DNA of 64,000 nt from a candidate division WOR-3 bacterium (GCA_037441285.1 JBBISL010000003.1:74763-138762), one strand, 5' to 3'. Shown: positions 1 through 10,260, numbered from the stretch's first letter. Numbers and translations are program-made. Notes: generated by a model not told the origin, from the letters alone.

Positions 1-546
1 GGCCAAGGAGCCAAGACCGCGGCGTTACTCTTTGGCGAAGCGGCACTTGATACCGGTAAGTTCATTCAGGCATTTCCGGAGTATGGTCCGGAACGGATGG
101 GCGCGCCGGTAACCGCTTTTAACCGGCTGGCCGACGAGCCAATTTATTCTCATTCCGGGATAAAAACACCGGATATTGTCGTGGTGCTGGATTCATCGTT
201 AATCGAACCGGCACGGGTTGTTGAAGGGTTGAAAGAAAACGGAATCCTCTTGGTTAATACCACGGAGAGCCCGGAGGAGTTGCGAAAACGGTTGAATCTG
301 CCCGCGACAGTTAAGGTTTATACTGTGGATGCGTCCCAAATTGCGCTGGAGACGATTGGTCGGGATGTGCCCAATACGCCAATGCTCGGGGCGCTGGTGC
401 GGGTTACCGGTGTGCTGCGACTGGAACCGATGCTTGAAGCGATAAAAGAGAAACTGGCGCTAAAGTTTCGGGGAAGAGCAAAACTGGTCGAGGACAATTT
501 GAAAAGTATCCGGCGCGCTTTTGATGAAGTTAAGGGCGTTGATTAA
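1..546 (+). CDS. porC: 2-oxoacid (pyruvate):ferredoxin oxidoreductase gamma subunit, 5' end outside window
   Basis: Frame 1 is open from base 1: GQGAKTAA...FPEYGPERMGAPV...NTPMLGAL, typical gamma-subunit motifs; first gene of a gamma-delta-alpha-beta operon. Confidence 0.9.
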   Translation, partial: GQGAKTAALLFGEAALDTGKFIQAFPEYGPERMGAPVTAFNRLADEPIYSHSGIKTPDIVVVLDSSLIEPARVVEGLKENGILLVNTTESPEELRKRLNLPATVKVYTVDASQIALETIGRDVPNTPMLGALVRVTGVLRLEPMLEAIKEKLALKFRGRAKLVEDNLKSIRRAFDEVKGVD

Positions 547-556
547 AGGAGGAGAG

Positions 557-841
557 GTGGCAAAACTTAAGGGATGGCGTGAATTGCCCTGTGGTGCAAT
601 AATCACCGATATGGCAGCGGTGAAGGAGAACAAAACTGGTGCCTGGCGCAGTGTGCGCCCGGTATGGGATAAGGAGAAGTGTAGACAGTGTCTGATGTGC
701 TGGATATACTGCCCGGACAGTTCAATTCTCATTAAAGACGCTAAGGTAGTCGGGGTTGATTACGAGTTTTGCAAGGGATGCGGAAACTGTGCCAGTATTT
801 GTCCGGCAAAGGCGATTACAATGGAAAAGGAGCGAAAATGA
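557..841 (+). CDS. porD: 2-oxoacid:ferredoxin oxidoreductase delta subunit (2x[4Fe-4S])
   Basis: TGAWRSVRP, CRQCLMCWIYCP and CKGCGNCASICP; GTG start after AAAGGAGGAG RBS. Confidence 0.9.
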   Translation: MAKLKGWRELPCGAIITDMAAVKENKTGAWRSVRPVWDKEKCRQCLMCWIYCPDSSILIKDAKVVGVDYEFCKGCGNCASICPAKAITMEKERK

Positions 842-1992
842 TTCTGGCGAAGACCGGTAACGAGGCATTAGCCTATGCAATGAAGCAGATTAACCCTGAT
901 GTGGTGGCGGCTTATCCGATTACCCCATCAACCGAAATTGTCCAGTTATTTTCGAATTATGTCAGTGATGGTGAGGTTGATACTGAGTTTGTTGCGGTCG
1001 AGAGCGAACATTCGGCAATGACCGCCTGTATTGGCGCGGCGGCTTGTGGTTGCCGGGTGATGACCGCAACCGCTTCCCAGGGTTTGGCTTTGATGCACGA
1101 GATGCTTTTCATCGCCGCGGGTTTGCGGTTGCCGATTGTGATGGCGGTTGCTTCTCGTTCGCTGTCTTCTCCTCTAAACATTCATGGTGACCACTCGGAC
1201 TCTCTGGCGTCGCGGGATTCGGGCTGGATGCAGTTTTTCTGTGAAACGGTGCAAGAGGGTTATGACACGCTAATTCAGGCGGTGAAGATTGCGGAAAAGG
1301 CGAATCTGCCGGCGCTCGTAGCGATTGATGGATTCATTCTTTCCCACTGTCAGGAGCGGATAGAGACCTTAGACGACCAGGCGGTGCGGGATTTTCTCGG
1401 TGTGCGACAGCCTCAGTACAATCTGCTTGACTGGCGTAAGCCGATTCTGGTTGGTCCGGCAACATTGCAGGATTACTACTTTGAGTTCAAGCGGGGCGAA
1501 ATTGAGGGGATGAATCAGACGCTGCCAATAATTCAGGCGGTGCAGGAGGAGTTTGGCAAACGGTTTGGTCGAAATTATCCGGTGCTCGAGGAGTATAAGT
1601 GCGATGACGCCGAGGCGGTTTTACTTTTGATGGGTTCAGCCTGCGGCACCTGCCGGGTTGCGGTGGACCGCTTGCGGGCTCAGGGAAAGAAGGTGGGGAT
1701 GGTAAAACTGCGGGTGTATCGGCCGCTCGTCTGGCAGCTTTTGAAGCAGAGTCTGAGCAGATTCAAGAAGATTGGCGTACTTGACCGGGCGGATGCGGTG
1801 AACTCCTATGGTGGACCGCTATTTACCGAAGTAACTTCGGTTCTCTACAACGCACCCGAGAAACCCGAGGTTTTTTCCTATGTTTATGGATTGGGCGGTA
1901 AGGAGTTTACTCCGGAAGATGCTGTTAAGGTTTATGAGGAGGTCCTTTCCGGCAAAAAAGATGAATTAGTAACCTATGTGGGAGTGAGGTGA
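838..1992 (+). CDS. porA: 2-oxoacid:ferredoxin oxidoreductase alpha subunit
   Basis: GNEALA, AAYPITPST, VESEHSA, YGLGGKE motifs; ATGA overlap with porD. Confidence 0.92.
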   Translation: MILAKTGNEALAYAMKQINPDVVAAYPITPSTEIVQLFSNYVSDGEVDTEFVAVESEHSAMTACIGAAACGCRVMTATASQGLALMHEMLFIAAGLRLPIVMAVASRSLSSPLNIHGDHSDSLASRDSGWMQFFCETVQEGYDTLIQAVKIAEKANLPALVAIDGFILSHCQERIETLDDQAVRDFLGVRQPQYNLLDWRKPILVGPATLQDYYFEFKRGEIEGMNQTLPIIQAVQEEFGKRFGRNYPVLEEYKCDDAEAVLLLMGSACGTCRVAVDRLRAQGKKVGMVKLRVYRPLVWQLLKQSLSRFKKIGVLDRADAVNSYGGPLFTEVTSVLYNAPEKPEVFSYVYGLGGKEFTPEDAVKVYEEVLSGKKDELVTYVGVR

Positions 1993-1995
1993 AAA

Positions 1996-2943
1996 ATGTT
2001 GAAACTTACTGACTTGGCAAAAAATCAGGAACTGTTTTCCCATGGTCATCGTGCCTGTGCTGGTTGTGGTGAGGCGTTGGCGGTGCGACAGATTTTACTC
2101 GCAGCCCAGACTGCGGGTATGCCGGTGGTGACAGCGATGGCTACCGGCTGTCTGGAGATTTTTTCCTCAATTTATCCGCACAGTGCCTGGCAGGTACCGA
2201 TGATTCACACCGCCTTCGAAACAGCAGCATCAACCGCAGCCGGAGTTGAGGCGGCATATCGGTTCTTGCGCAAAACAGGCCGGATAAAGGAGGAGATGGC
2301 AATTATCGCCTTTGCGGGCGACGGCGGTACTTATGACATCGGCTTACAAGCACTTTCGGGCGCGCTGGAAAGAAGGCACCGCTTTCTATATGTGTGTACC
2401 AATAACGAGGCATATATGAACACCGGCATCCAGCGTTCTTCGGCAACCCCTTATGGTGCTGATACAACAACATCCCCCGCCGGTAAAGTCCTTCCAGGCA
2501 AGGTTCAGCATCGAAAAAACATTATGGAGATTGTCATCGGTCATGAGGTGCCTTATGCGGCACAGACCACGGTCTTCTTCTGGCGCGACCTGGCACAAAA
2601 GGTTCAGAAGGCGCTTTTGACTCCGGGTCCAACATTCTTAAATGTTCTGGTGCCCTGTCCGTTAGGTTGGCGCCATCAACCGGCCGAGACGGTAAAGCTA
2701 TCAAAACTCGCTGCCGATACCTGCTACTGGCCAATATACGAGTTTGAAAATGGTTCTTACAAAATCAACTACGAACCGGCGAAGAAATTGCCAGTTGAAG
2801 AGTTTTTGAAGCCCCAGGGCAGGTTTCGGCATCTATTTGAAAATCCCGAGGGCGCCAAGGTGATTGCTGAAATTCAGCGCTACATTGATGAGCAGTGGAT
2901 AACGCTTCATAAAAAACAGGAGTGTTTTAAACCTCAGTCTTAA
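1996..2943 (+). CDS. porB: 2-oxoacid:ferredoxin oxidoreductase beta subunit (TPP-binding)
   Basis: GHRACAGC, GDGGTYDIG...NNEAYMNTG TPP motif, PCP motif. Confidence 0.92.
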   Translation: MLKLTDLAKNQELFSHGHRACAGCGEALAVRQILLAAQTAGMPVVTAMATGCLEIFSSIYPHSAWQVPMIHTAFETAASTAAGVEAAYRFLRKTGRIKEEMAIIAFAGDGGTYDIGLQALSGALERRHRFLYVCTNNEAYMNTGIQRSSATPYGADTTTSPAGKVLPGKVQHRKNIMEIVIGHEVPYAAQTTVFFWRDLAQKVQKALLTPGPTFLNVLVPCPLGWRHQPAETVKLSKLAADTCYWPIYEFENGSYKINYEPAKKLPVEEFLKPQGRFRHLFENPEGAKVIAEIQRYIDEQWITLHKKQECFKPQS

Positions 2944-2967
2944 TAAAAGCTTTTTCCCTGCTGGCAG

Positions 2968-2995
2968 TTGACAGGCGAAAAGTAGTGGTTATCCT
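2968..2995 (+). promoter_or_regulatory. sigma70-type promoter TTGACA-N16-TATCCT, probable leaderless transcript
   Basis: -10 box ends 5 nt before ATG 3001; no RBS. Confidence 0.55.
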
Positions 2996-3000
2996 TGCCT

Positions 3001-4128
3001 ATGGTCTGTATTTACGAGGGCGATTCCTGGCGTAATTTTGGCCCGATAGTTGACCTGAGGGCAATTTTTGAGCTGAGGTGTGGTTGTTTTCCTCTACTGG
3101 AAAAGATACAAATGGTTTACCCGAAGGAGAAGTTTGTTCTGTGGGTGCGCGATGAAATTGCCGAACTGGTTGCGGAGAAGTACCCTGCTTTTCAAGTGAA
3201 TGCCGCGGTGAATCAGCCGGCACTTTTTCTGTACGCTGGAGCAATTCTTTATGAGCCGATTCCGCTTCAGGGTCGCGATGAGAAGTTTACATCAATGGGA
3301 AGAACTATCGGGTTTCGATTGAATCGGCATCCAGGTCGTAAAGCATTGCCCGATTTAGCGGGGCTTACGGCAAAAGAGGTTGCGGCTGAGGCGGTTTTTT
3401 ATCCCTGGGATATTATTCGGCTCAACTATCAAGAACTTAAACGAGAACTGCCTTTACTGGTAAAAAGGCGTTTGGTGTTTGTTAAAAGGGGCGGTAAGGT
3501 CTATCCCGGAGCACAGATTGTTACGGAAAAGGGCCTGGTGTTTGTCGATAAAGGGTCGATAGTGCGTCCCGGTAGTGTTGTTGAAGGACCCTGCTATATC
3601 GGACCGGGTACAGTAATTGATGGCGCGTTGGTCCGACCGGGCTGCAGTTTTGGACCACAGTGTCGTATTGGCGGCGAAGTGGAAGAGTGTGTGTTTCAAG
3701 GCTATGCCAATAAACACCATGAAGGTTTTTTGGGGCACAGTTTTGTAGGTGAATGGGTTAATTTAGGGGCGCTAACAACAAATTCGGACTTGAAGAACAA
3801 TTATCGTCCGGTGCGAATTAAAATTGGCGCAAGGCGGTTTGATACCGGTATGGTGAAATTGGGCTGCTTTATTGGTGACCATGCAAAGACCGCTATCGGC
3901 ACTTTTTTACCAACGGGCGCAGTGCTCGGTACATTTGCCAACTGGTTCGAGTCCGGTATGACACCCAAACTGGTGCCCGCATTTGCCTGGGGAAAGAAGG
4001 GGCGCTGGCGTCGAACTGAAATGGTTGAGTGTGCTCGGCGAGTGATGGAACGGCGGGGTGTCCAGATGAGTCCGATTTATGAAAAACTGCTTTTGAAGGT
4101 TTGCGAGCGTAGACAACCGAAGCGGTAA
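3001..4128 (+). CDS. GlmU-like putative sugar nucleotidyl/acyltransferase with hexapeptide repeats
   Basis: N-terminal 'LRAIFELRCG' domain; C-terminal left-handed beta-helix with GGEVE, NKHHEGFLGHSFVGEWVNLGA, SDLKN. Confidence 0.75.
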   Translation: MVCIYEGDSWRNFGPIVDLRAIFELRCGCFPLLEKIQMVYPKEKFVLWVRDEIAELVAEKYPAFQVNAAVNQPALFLYAGAILYEPIPLQGRDEKFTSMGRTIGFRLNRHPGRKALPDLAGLTAKEVAAEAVFYPWDIIRLNYQELKRELPLLVKRRLVFVKRGGKVYPGAQIVTEKGLVFVDKGSIVRPGSVVEGPCYIGPGTVIDGALVRPGCSFGPQCRIGGEVEECVFQGYANKHHEGFLGHSFVGEWVNLGALTTNSDLKNNYRPVRIKIGARRFDTGMVKLGCFIGDHAKTAIGTFLPTGAVLGTFANWFESGMTPKLVPAFAWGKKGRWRRTEMVECARRVMERRGVQMSPIYEKLLLKVCERRQPKR

Positions 4129-4137
4129 ATTCCGCTT

Positions 4138-5145
4138 ATGGAATTTGCAATTGGGGTAGATATTGGCGGGACGAACATCAAAGTCGGGCTGGCGGACGAG
4201 AATGGCAAAATTTTACGGCGGTGTCGGCTCAACACCAATCCCGAAGAACCCGCTCAGACAGTTTTAGTCCGGTTAGCTCAGCGTGTTGTTAAATTAAGTC
4301 AAAACTATTCGGTACAAACGCTCGGGGTTGGTGTCGCCGGACTGGTTGACTCTCAGTCCGGAATGGTGAATTTTTCGCCCAATCTGCCGCTGTGGACACA
4401 AACGCCAGTTAAGGACATCCTTGAAAAGTTGACGAAAGTCAATGTATTCTGTGCCAATGATGCTGATGCGGTAGCGATTGGGGAGTGGCTGTATGGTGCA
4501 GGGCAAGGCTGTCGCAATGTTCTGGTTTTGACTCTTGGTACCGGGGTGGGTAGCGGGATTATTGCTAACAATCAGCCGGTTTTGGGTGCAAATTTTTTTG
4601 CCGGTGAACTGGGCCATACAGTAATTTCTCGGCACGGGCCAGCCTGTTTTTGTGGTAATAATGGTTGCGTGGAGAGTTATGTCAGTGCTCGGGCGCTGGT
4701 GCGAAATTGCCGGCGGCTTTTGCGTCGTCAGGGGGCGCATTTTTCTAACTCGCGCAATCAGATGGTGTTATTTCCTCAAGATGCAAAAGACCGGAGCAGA
4801 ATCTGGGAGCTGGTCGGGTACGATTTAAAAAAGTTGACGCCCCGGGAAATTGGAAAAGCGGCAAAGATGGGCGACAGGATTGCCCGACAGGTGATTAGTG
4901 AAATGGGATATTTCCTGGGGCTTGGCATATACAACGCCATAATGCTTCTTGACCCGGAGATAGTTGTGATTGGTGGTGGCATGAGCCGGCTGGGAGCACC
5001 TTTGCTTCAGGCGGTTAAAACTACTATTTTTAGTCGACCTTACCTCAGACAGCGAAATGTTAAGATAGTTCTGTCTCGATTGCGGGAAGACGCCGGGATT
5101 TTAGGGGCGAGTCAACTTAACAGGTTTGTCCCGAAGGGCAATTAG
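4138..5145 (+). CDS. ROK-family sugar kinase (glucokinase-like)
   Basis: GVDIGGT, NDADA, LGTGVGSG, GELGH, CFCGNNGCVE Zn motif. Confidence 0.9.
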   Translation: MEFAIGVDIGGTNIKVGLADENGKILRRCRLNTNPEEPAQTVLVRLAQRVVKLSQNYSVQTLGVGVAGLVDSQSGMVNFSPNLPLWTQTPVKDILEKLTKVNVFCANDADAVAIGEWLYGAGQGCRNVLVLTLGTGVGSGIIANNQPVLGANFFAGELGHTVISRHGPACFCGNNGCVESYVSARALVRNCRRLLRRQGAHFSNSRNQMVLFPQDAKDRSRIWELVGYDLKKLTPREIGKAAKMGDRIARQVISEMGYFLGLGIYNAIMLLDPEIVVIGGGMSRLGAPLLQAVKTTIFSRPYLRQRNVKIVLSRLREDAGILGASQLNRFVPKGN

Positions 5146-5804
5146 ATTTTCTGCCAGAGAAATTCCCAGAGCGTAACTGGTGCTACCCTTTTCTCCATTA
5201 TAAAACTGCCTTCAATGATAAAGGGGCGGAATTCCTGAGCGTAGTAAAGCCGGCGCTGGGATGTGTCGTTGCGATACCAGCGTAACCCCTGGGCAAGAAT
5301 TCTTTTGAGGGTGGCATCGTGATTGCCTTCCATAGTTCGGAATCCCATTTTAATCAGCGTTACGAGCATCGCGACATGGCGGGGATAGGCAACAACCGAG
5401 TATCCCCGGTTTTTCTTGCAAAGGGCAAGGACCAGTTCGACCATAAATGGGGCATAGTTAAGGCCACGGTATTTTGGTCTCATATAAGCTCGGGTGAGTT
5501 CCCAGCGGTCAAGGTCTCGGCCTTCCGCATCAAGCCAGCGTGGGTCGATACGGTCGTAGCCCATCCACTCATTACCCGATTTTTGGGAGCCGATGTAGAT
5601 TTCAAGGAGGTTCTCCTGCGAGACCGGGTCGTGATACCGTCGGGTACAGAACCAGTGGTCGTCAACCACTATTTCCGGCTGGGGGGTATGAGTTTTGGCT
5701 TCGGATAACGATTGAATGAAACCTGTTACCTCGGAATCGGTCTGACAGGGGATGGTGGCAACAATCGCCTTTATCCACTTGCGGTAAGCTTTAGGGTCGC
5801 TCAT
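5142..5804 (-). CDS. hypothetical protein with a GNAT-like fold
   Basis: ELTRAYMRPKYRGLNYA resembles the acetyl-CoA binding motif A; 'LIKMGF' resembles motif B; overlaps the ftsK stop. Confidence 0.5.
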   Translation of the reverse strand: MSDPKAYRKWIKAIVATIPCQTDSEVTGFIQSLSEAKTHTPQPEIVVDDHWFCTRRYHDPVSQENLLEIYIGSQKSGNEWMGYDRIDPRWLDAEGRDLDRWELTRAYMRPKYRGLNYAPFMVELVLALCKKNRGYSVVAYPRHVAMLVTLIKMGFRTMEGNHDATLKRILAQGLRWYRNDTSQRRLYYAQEFRPFIIEGSFIMEKRVAPVTLWEFLWQKI

Positions 5805-8382
5805 TTTGCTTAAATATCTCGGCAAGTTTTTTGGTCAATTCGGCTTCGTCCTGGATTAACACTTTGCGCGGTTTACTTCCGGCATGGGGTCCAACAATAC
5901 CGGCGCGCTCGAGCTGGTCGATGATGCGGCCGGCGCGTGCCCATCCAACATCAAGCCGTCGCTGGAGCATTGAGACCGATGCTTCTTTGTGCAGTACAAC
6001 CAGGCGTGCTGCTTCGCTAAAAAGGTTGTCAAATTCACCGTTTAATGTCTCCGTTCCATTATCGGCCGGGTAGTTTCTCCCGACCTCCTCTTCTAATGGT
6101 TCATAATAATGACGGGCAAGGATGTTGTCAAGAATTTCTTCGGGAAGAATGGTCTTTATCTGTTCGAGTTTTCTGCCCCGGGCAGCAAACCGGGGGTCAT
6201 AGAAGACATCGGTGAGTTCTTGTCTGACAATCTCCTGGGCTTTTTTCTCTGGTTCGTCAACAAATTCCGAAAGGATGTCGGAGAGGTATCTTGTTGCCCA
6301 GAGGTCAACCACCCCCTTAGCCGCTTTTTCGGACACGAAGCAACCGTGGATGCGTATGGCGTCGCCTTTCCCTGGTGGCAGAAAGAGCATATCACCCCGG
6401 CCGAGGAGCGATTCCGCGCCGTTGGCATCAAGAATGGTCCGGGAGTCAACTTTGGTGGCGACCTGAAAGGCGATGCGACAGGGAAAGTTGGCTTTGATTA
6501 GCCCGGTGATGACATCAACTGAAGGTCGCTGGGTGGCAAGTATCAAATGGATGCCTACCGCCCGTGACATTTGAGCAAGCCGGATGATACGAGCTTCAAT
6601 CTCGGTTGGGGCGCGTTGCATCAAGTCAGCGAGTTCGTCAATTACCACCACGATGTAGGGTTTTTTCTTCTTTCCCAATTCTTCGCAGCGGGTGTTGTAA
6701 CTGGAGATGTCTCGAACCCCGAGCTCGGCAAATTCGCTGTAGCGGGCTTCCATAATGTTAACAATTCGGGTGAGTTCAGCGACCACCAGTTCGGGATTGG
6801 TGGTTGTTTTGGAAAGGAGGTGTGGTATCGGGTTGTAGATAGGGAGTTCAAGCTGTTTGGGGTCGATGGTAAGGAAGCGGACCTCGTCGGGAGTTGAGCG
6901 GTAGATAATTGACATAATGATGGAGTTGATGCAGACCGATTTGCCGGAGCCGGTAGTGCCGGCGATAAGGACATGGGGCATCTGACGGATGTCGGCGCAG
7001 TAGGGTTCACCGGTAATTGTTGTGCCGAGGGCGAAGCCCAAGGGTGAGTCAACCTGCTGGAATGCGGGACTGGTAAGGACCTCTTTGAGATAAACGGTGC
7101 GGCGTGTCTTATTGGGAATCTCAATCCCGACGGCACTTTTCCCGGGAATCGGAGCAAGAATCCGGACCCTTTCGGCAGAAAGGGCGAGGGCAATGTCGTC
7201 GGCGAGACTTTCAATGCCGCTGCAACGGACACCAGGCGCCGGTTCCAGTTCAAATCGGGTAATCATCGGGCCCGAGAGGATGGCGGTCAGTTTACCTTCA
7301 ACACCAAACTGCTTAAGTTTGTCCATCAACAGCTGTCCTTCAGCCTCCGCTTCCGCCGGGTCTTTAAAGAGTTTGTCTTCCGGTTTAGGTGTGTCAAGAC
7401 GCTGGAGGAACTGTTTCTGGAATTCATCGAGGTTAAGGTGGGTGTGGCGGGGGCGCAAGGGTTGCACTGTGACAACTGTAGCCGGGGTGCGGTGGTCGGG
7501 TTTTGGCGGTTCGGCGGTTGCAGGTTGGCTTGAAGGTGGCGCAGAACTTTCCCTATCCTGGGGTTGCAGATTTTCAGCGAGGGTTCGGTTATCGGTTTGG
7601 TTCGGGGTAACGCTGATGATTGGTTTCGGTTTGGGTTTGTGGGTAAACAACTGGCGGATACTGGAGAAAAGTTTACCTATTTTGGTGTTGATGTCTTTTA
7701 GCCCTGGGATGGTTAAACCCGACGCGATGATGAGCGCAGTTAATGAAACGATGAGCAGGATTAGGGTCCCGACGCCTAACAGGCTGTTAAGAAAACCAAC
7801 AACCAACTGGCCAAGGGTGCCCGCAAGCATTTTCTCGGTTTGGAAATAAGCCAGAAACAGTTCGAATAGTACCCCGAAGAACAAAATTAAAGCCGAGCGG
7901 CTGAAATCGAGCGGTTTTGCTTTACGAAACCAGATGGTAAATCCCCAGTAAAACCCCAACCCAATAAATGCGAGTGAGCCCAACCCAAATACGGGTAGAA
8001 GCAGGTTGTTCAAGGTGTGACCGAGTACGCCGCTGAAGTTGTCTGCGGCATTTTTCAGCCCGGCATAGAAGGAAAGGATTGCGGCGCTGAGGAAAACAGC
8101 AAGGGTCAAAATTCCGAATCCAGTAAATCGGCGCCACTGTTTCTTCTTTGTTATCTTAAGAAAAATTGCGGTGGCAGCGAGAATTGGAACGAGAGGACTC
8201 ATTCCCCCAAGAAGGTATATCAAAGCCCGGGCAAGATGGTAGCCGACAACTCCGCCGTAATTCGTTGCCGGGGTATTCTTGCCGATGATTGATGAGAAAA
8301 GGCTGAGAGCGATAAAAAGCACCAGCCCGATGATGATTGCCCAACCAAAGACCTGCCAGCCGTTTCTTTTTCTCTTACCCAT
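5791..8382 (-). CDS. ftsK: DNA translocase FtsK/SpoIIIE
   Basis: N-terminal TM segments, HVLIAGTTGSGKS Walker A, VVIDELAD Walker B, LATQRPSV, C-terminal gamma domain SMLQRRL..GWARAGRIID. Confidence 0.95.
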   Translation of the reverse strand: MGKRKRNGWQVFGWAIIIGLVLFIALSLFSSIIGKNTPATNYGGVVGYHLARALIYLLGGMSPLVPILAATAIFLKITKKKQWRRFTGFGILTLAVFLSAAILSFYAGLKNAADNFSGVLGHTLNNLLLPVFGLGSLAFIGLGFYWGFTIWFRKAKPLDFSRSALILFFGVLFELFLAYFQTEKMLAGTLGQLVVGFLNSLLGVGTLILLIVSLTALIIASGLTIPGLKDINTKIGKLFSSIRQLFTHKPKPKPIISVTPNQTDNRTLAENLQPQDRESSAPPSSQPATAEPPKPDHRTPATVVTVQPLRPRHTHLNLDEFQKQFLQRLDTPKPEDKLFKDPAEAEAEGQLLMDKLKQFGVEGKLTAILSGPMITRFELEPAPGVRCSGIESLADDIALALSAERVRILAPIPGKSAVGIEIPNKTRRTVYLKEVLTSPAFQQVDSPLGFALGTTITGEPYCADIRQMPHVLIAGTTGSGKSVCINSIIMSIIYRSTPDEVRFLTIDPKQLELPIYNPIPHLLSKTTTNPELVVAELTRIVNIMEARYSEFAELGVRDISSYNTRCEELGKKKKPYIVVVIDELADLMQRAPTEIEARIIRLAQMSRAVGIHLILATQRPSVDVITGLIKANFPCRIAFQVATKVDSRTILDANGAESLLGRGDMLFLPPGKGDAIRIHGCFVSEKAAKGVVDLWATRYLSDILSEFVDEPEKKAQEIVRQELTDVFYDPRFAARGRKLEQIKTILPEEILDNILARHYYEPLEEEVGRNYPADNGTETLNGEFDNLFSEAARLVVLHKEASVSMLQRRLDVGWARAGRIIDQLERAGIVGPHAGSKPRKVLIQDEAELTKKLAEIFKQNERP

Positions 8383-8386
8383 AAGT

Positions 8387-9007
8387 TTAGAATCCTATGC
8401 CGGCGCCGAGAAGAAGCCGGGCGGTCGTCAGTACTATCGGGAAGACAACCATACGGAATAGCGGTAACCCAATTACGAATATCACAATCAAACTTAAAAA
8501 ATTATACTGTTCCAACCTGCCGTAACGGGCGGCAAGCTCGGGCGGTAAAAGATAATAAATTAATCTTGAGCCGTCAAGCGGCGGTATCGGAATCAGATTG
8601 AAAAAGCACAGAATCAGGTTGATGATTACAAAATAACTTGTTAATTTCCAGGCGAACCCATTTACGCCGAGCGCAGTTAAAATCCGGGCAACGATTCCGG
8701 CAAAGATGGCGACCATAAAGTTGGATATTGGTCCGGCAAGAGCAGAGATGGCGAAGTCGCGGAGCGGATTTTTAAAGTTGTTAGGGTTGATTGGCACCGG
8801 TTTTGCCCAGCCAAAGCGGGTCCAGGGCAGGAAAAGTAGAATCGTGCCAAGCGGGTCAAGATGTTTCAGCGGGTTGAGGGTGAGCCGTCCTGACTGTTTG
8901 GCGGTCGGGTCGCCGAGGATAAATGCGGCATAGCCGTGGCTGAATTCGTGAATCGTTAGTCCGAAGAGAATCGCCGGTGCCGAAAGGATAAGTTCGCCCC
9001 AGTCCAT
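8387..9007 (-). CDS. site-2 protease (M50) membrane metalloprotease
   Basis: HEFSHG and FNLIPIPPLDG motifs. Confidence 0.92.
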   Translation of the reverse strand: MDWGELILSAPAILFGLTIHEFSHGYAAFILGDPTAKQSGRLTLNPLKHLDPLGTILLFLPWTRFGWAKPVPINPNNFKNPLRDFAISALAGPISNFMVAIFAGIVARILTALGVNGFAWKLTSYFVIINLILCFFNLIPIPPLDGSRLIYYLLPPELAARYGRLEQYNFLSLIVIFVIGLPLFRMVVFPIVLTTARLLLGAGIGF

Positions 9008-10260
9008 CAGCACCCTTTATTTGTCCAGCGTTTAAGTAGCCGGAGTTCTTCTTGCCGGGTCTGGACTTTTTTGTCCAGCCGGGCGGTGAGCAAACGTTTC
9101 ATCAATTGGCCTATCTTGGGACCAGGTGGGATACCCAAGGCAATCAGGTCAGCAGCCGTAGTTTCAGGTTTGACAAACCGAAGTTGATGTAAGAACAAGT
9201 TGCATTTTTTCTGAATTGTTGGGGGCTCAAGTTTCGTCATAATGAGTAATACGGGCTCCGGTATGGGTTTAAGGATGTGATAAATTGTGCTCACCTTTTT
9301 GGCACGCAACAGACGATGCCGTAAGGGATTAAGATGACGCAGGAACCGGGCGGTATCGCGTTCTTCGCTGGTGATGGGGAATTTCTCGTTTACTGGCAGA
9401 AAACTGAGGAGGTAGCAGAAAAGTTCCTGGGAGGTGGCGCCACGCTGGGAGAGTTTTTTTAATCCGGGAAGGGGTGAGCGGTCTAACCGCCAGTTGTTCC
9501 AGCAAGACGGCAGGACATTTTCTTTCAGGAGCGCTTGCAGCATCTTCAGGGCGGCGGATTCGGCGAGGATACAACGCAACTCGTAGAGGATTCGTTCCGG
9601 TGTTAGAAGCGCGGGATAGCGTTCCTTTACGGCTACCCGCAGGAGGTAAAGGGTGCCGGATTCAATGTTGTAGTCAAGACGAATGGCAAATCTGAGGGCA
9701 CGAAAAATTCTGGTCGGGTCGTCGATGAAACTTAGCGGATGGATGATGCGTATGAGCCGGTGGTGTAAATCTTCCTGGCCTGAGAAAGGGTCGATGAGTT
9801 TCTCGCCGTCAGGGGTTAATTCGAGCGCAAGGGCGTTGATTGTAAAGTCACGGCGGGCAAGGTCATCTTCAATTGAGGCTGGTTCAACTCGGGGCAAGGT
9901 TGCCGGTTTGCGGTACGATTCGCGCCGGGTGTGGCAGATGTCGATTTTCGTACTGTCAGGCAGGGTTACAGTTCCAGTGAGGAAAGGGCGATGAAACACA
10001 AATTTGCCTTTTAGAAGCCGGGCAACCGCGCCCAGAAGTTCGGACATTTTTCTTTCAACTACAGCCCGGTTTTCCCTTAATCCGAAGTCAACAGCAATAT
10101 CCCAGTCCGGGCAGGGATGGTTGAGAAGCAGGTCACGAACCGGTCCACCAACCAGGTAGGCTTTGCCGCGCTGGCGCCAGACAAGTTGACTTATCTGGAT
10201 TACTGTTTGGGGTAGACCAGGTCGGAAGTTGGGCACCGGGGGCGGTCCATTAGAAGCCAA
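9007..10260 (-). CDS. cca: tRNA nucleotidyltransferase (class II CCA- or A-adding enzyme)
   Basis: VGGPVRD...DWD, DLARRDFTINA, DDPTRIFRA motifs. Confidence 0.85.
   Translation of the reverse strand: MASNGPPPVPNFRPGLPQTVIQISQLVWRQRGKAYLVGGPVRDLLLNHPCPDWDIAVDFGLRENRAVVERKMSELLGAVARLLKGKFVFHRPFLTGTVTLPDSTKIDICHTRRESYRKPATLPRVEPASIEDDLARRDFTINALALELTPDGEKLIDPFSGQEDLHHRLIRIIHPLSFIDDPTRIFRALRFAIRLDYNIESGTLYLLRVAVKERYPALLTPERILYELRCILAESAALKMLQALLKENVLPSCWNNWRLDRSPLPGLKKLSQRGATSQELFCYLLSFLPVNEKFPITSEERDTARFLRHLNPLRHRLLRAKKVSTIYHILKPIPEPVLLIMTKLEPPTIQKKCNLFLHQLRFVKPETTAADLIALGIPPGPKIGQLMKRLLTARLDKKVQTRQEELRLLKRWTNKGC

Noticed and set aside
6109..7849. Several long alternative-frame ORFs within ftsK (similar ones occur in the ABC and PBP1A genes)
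   Set aside because: Shadow ORFs on well-conserved genes
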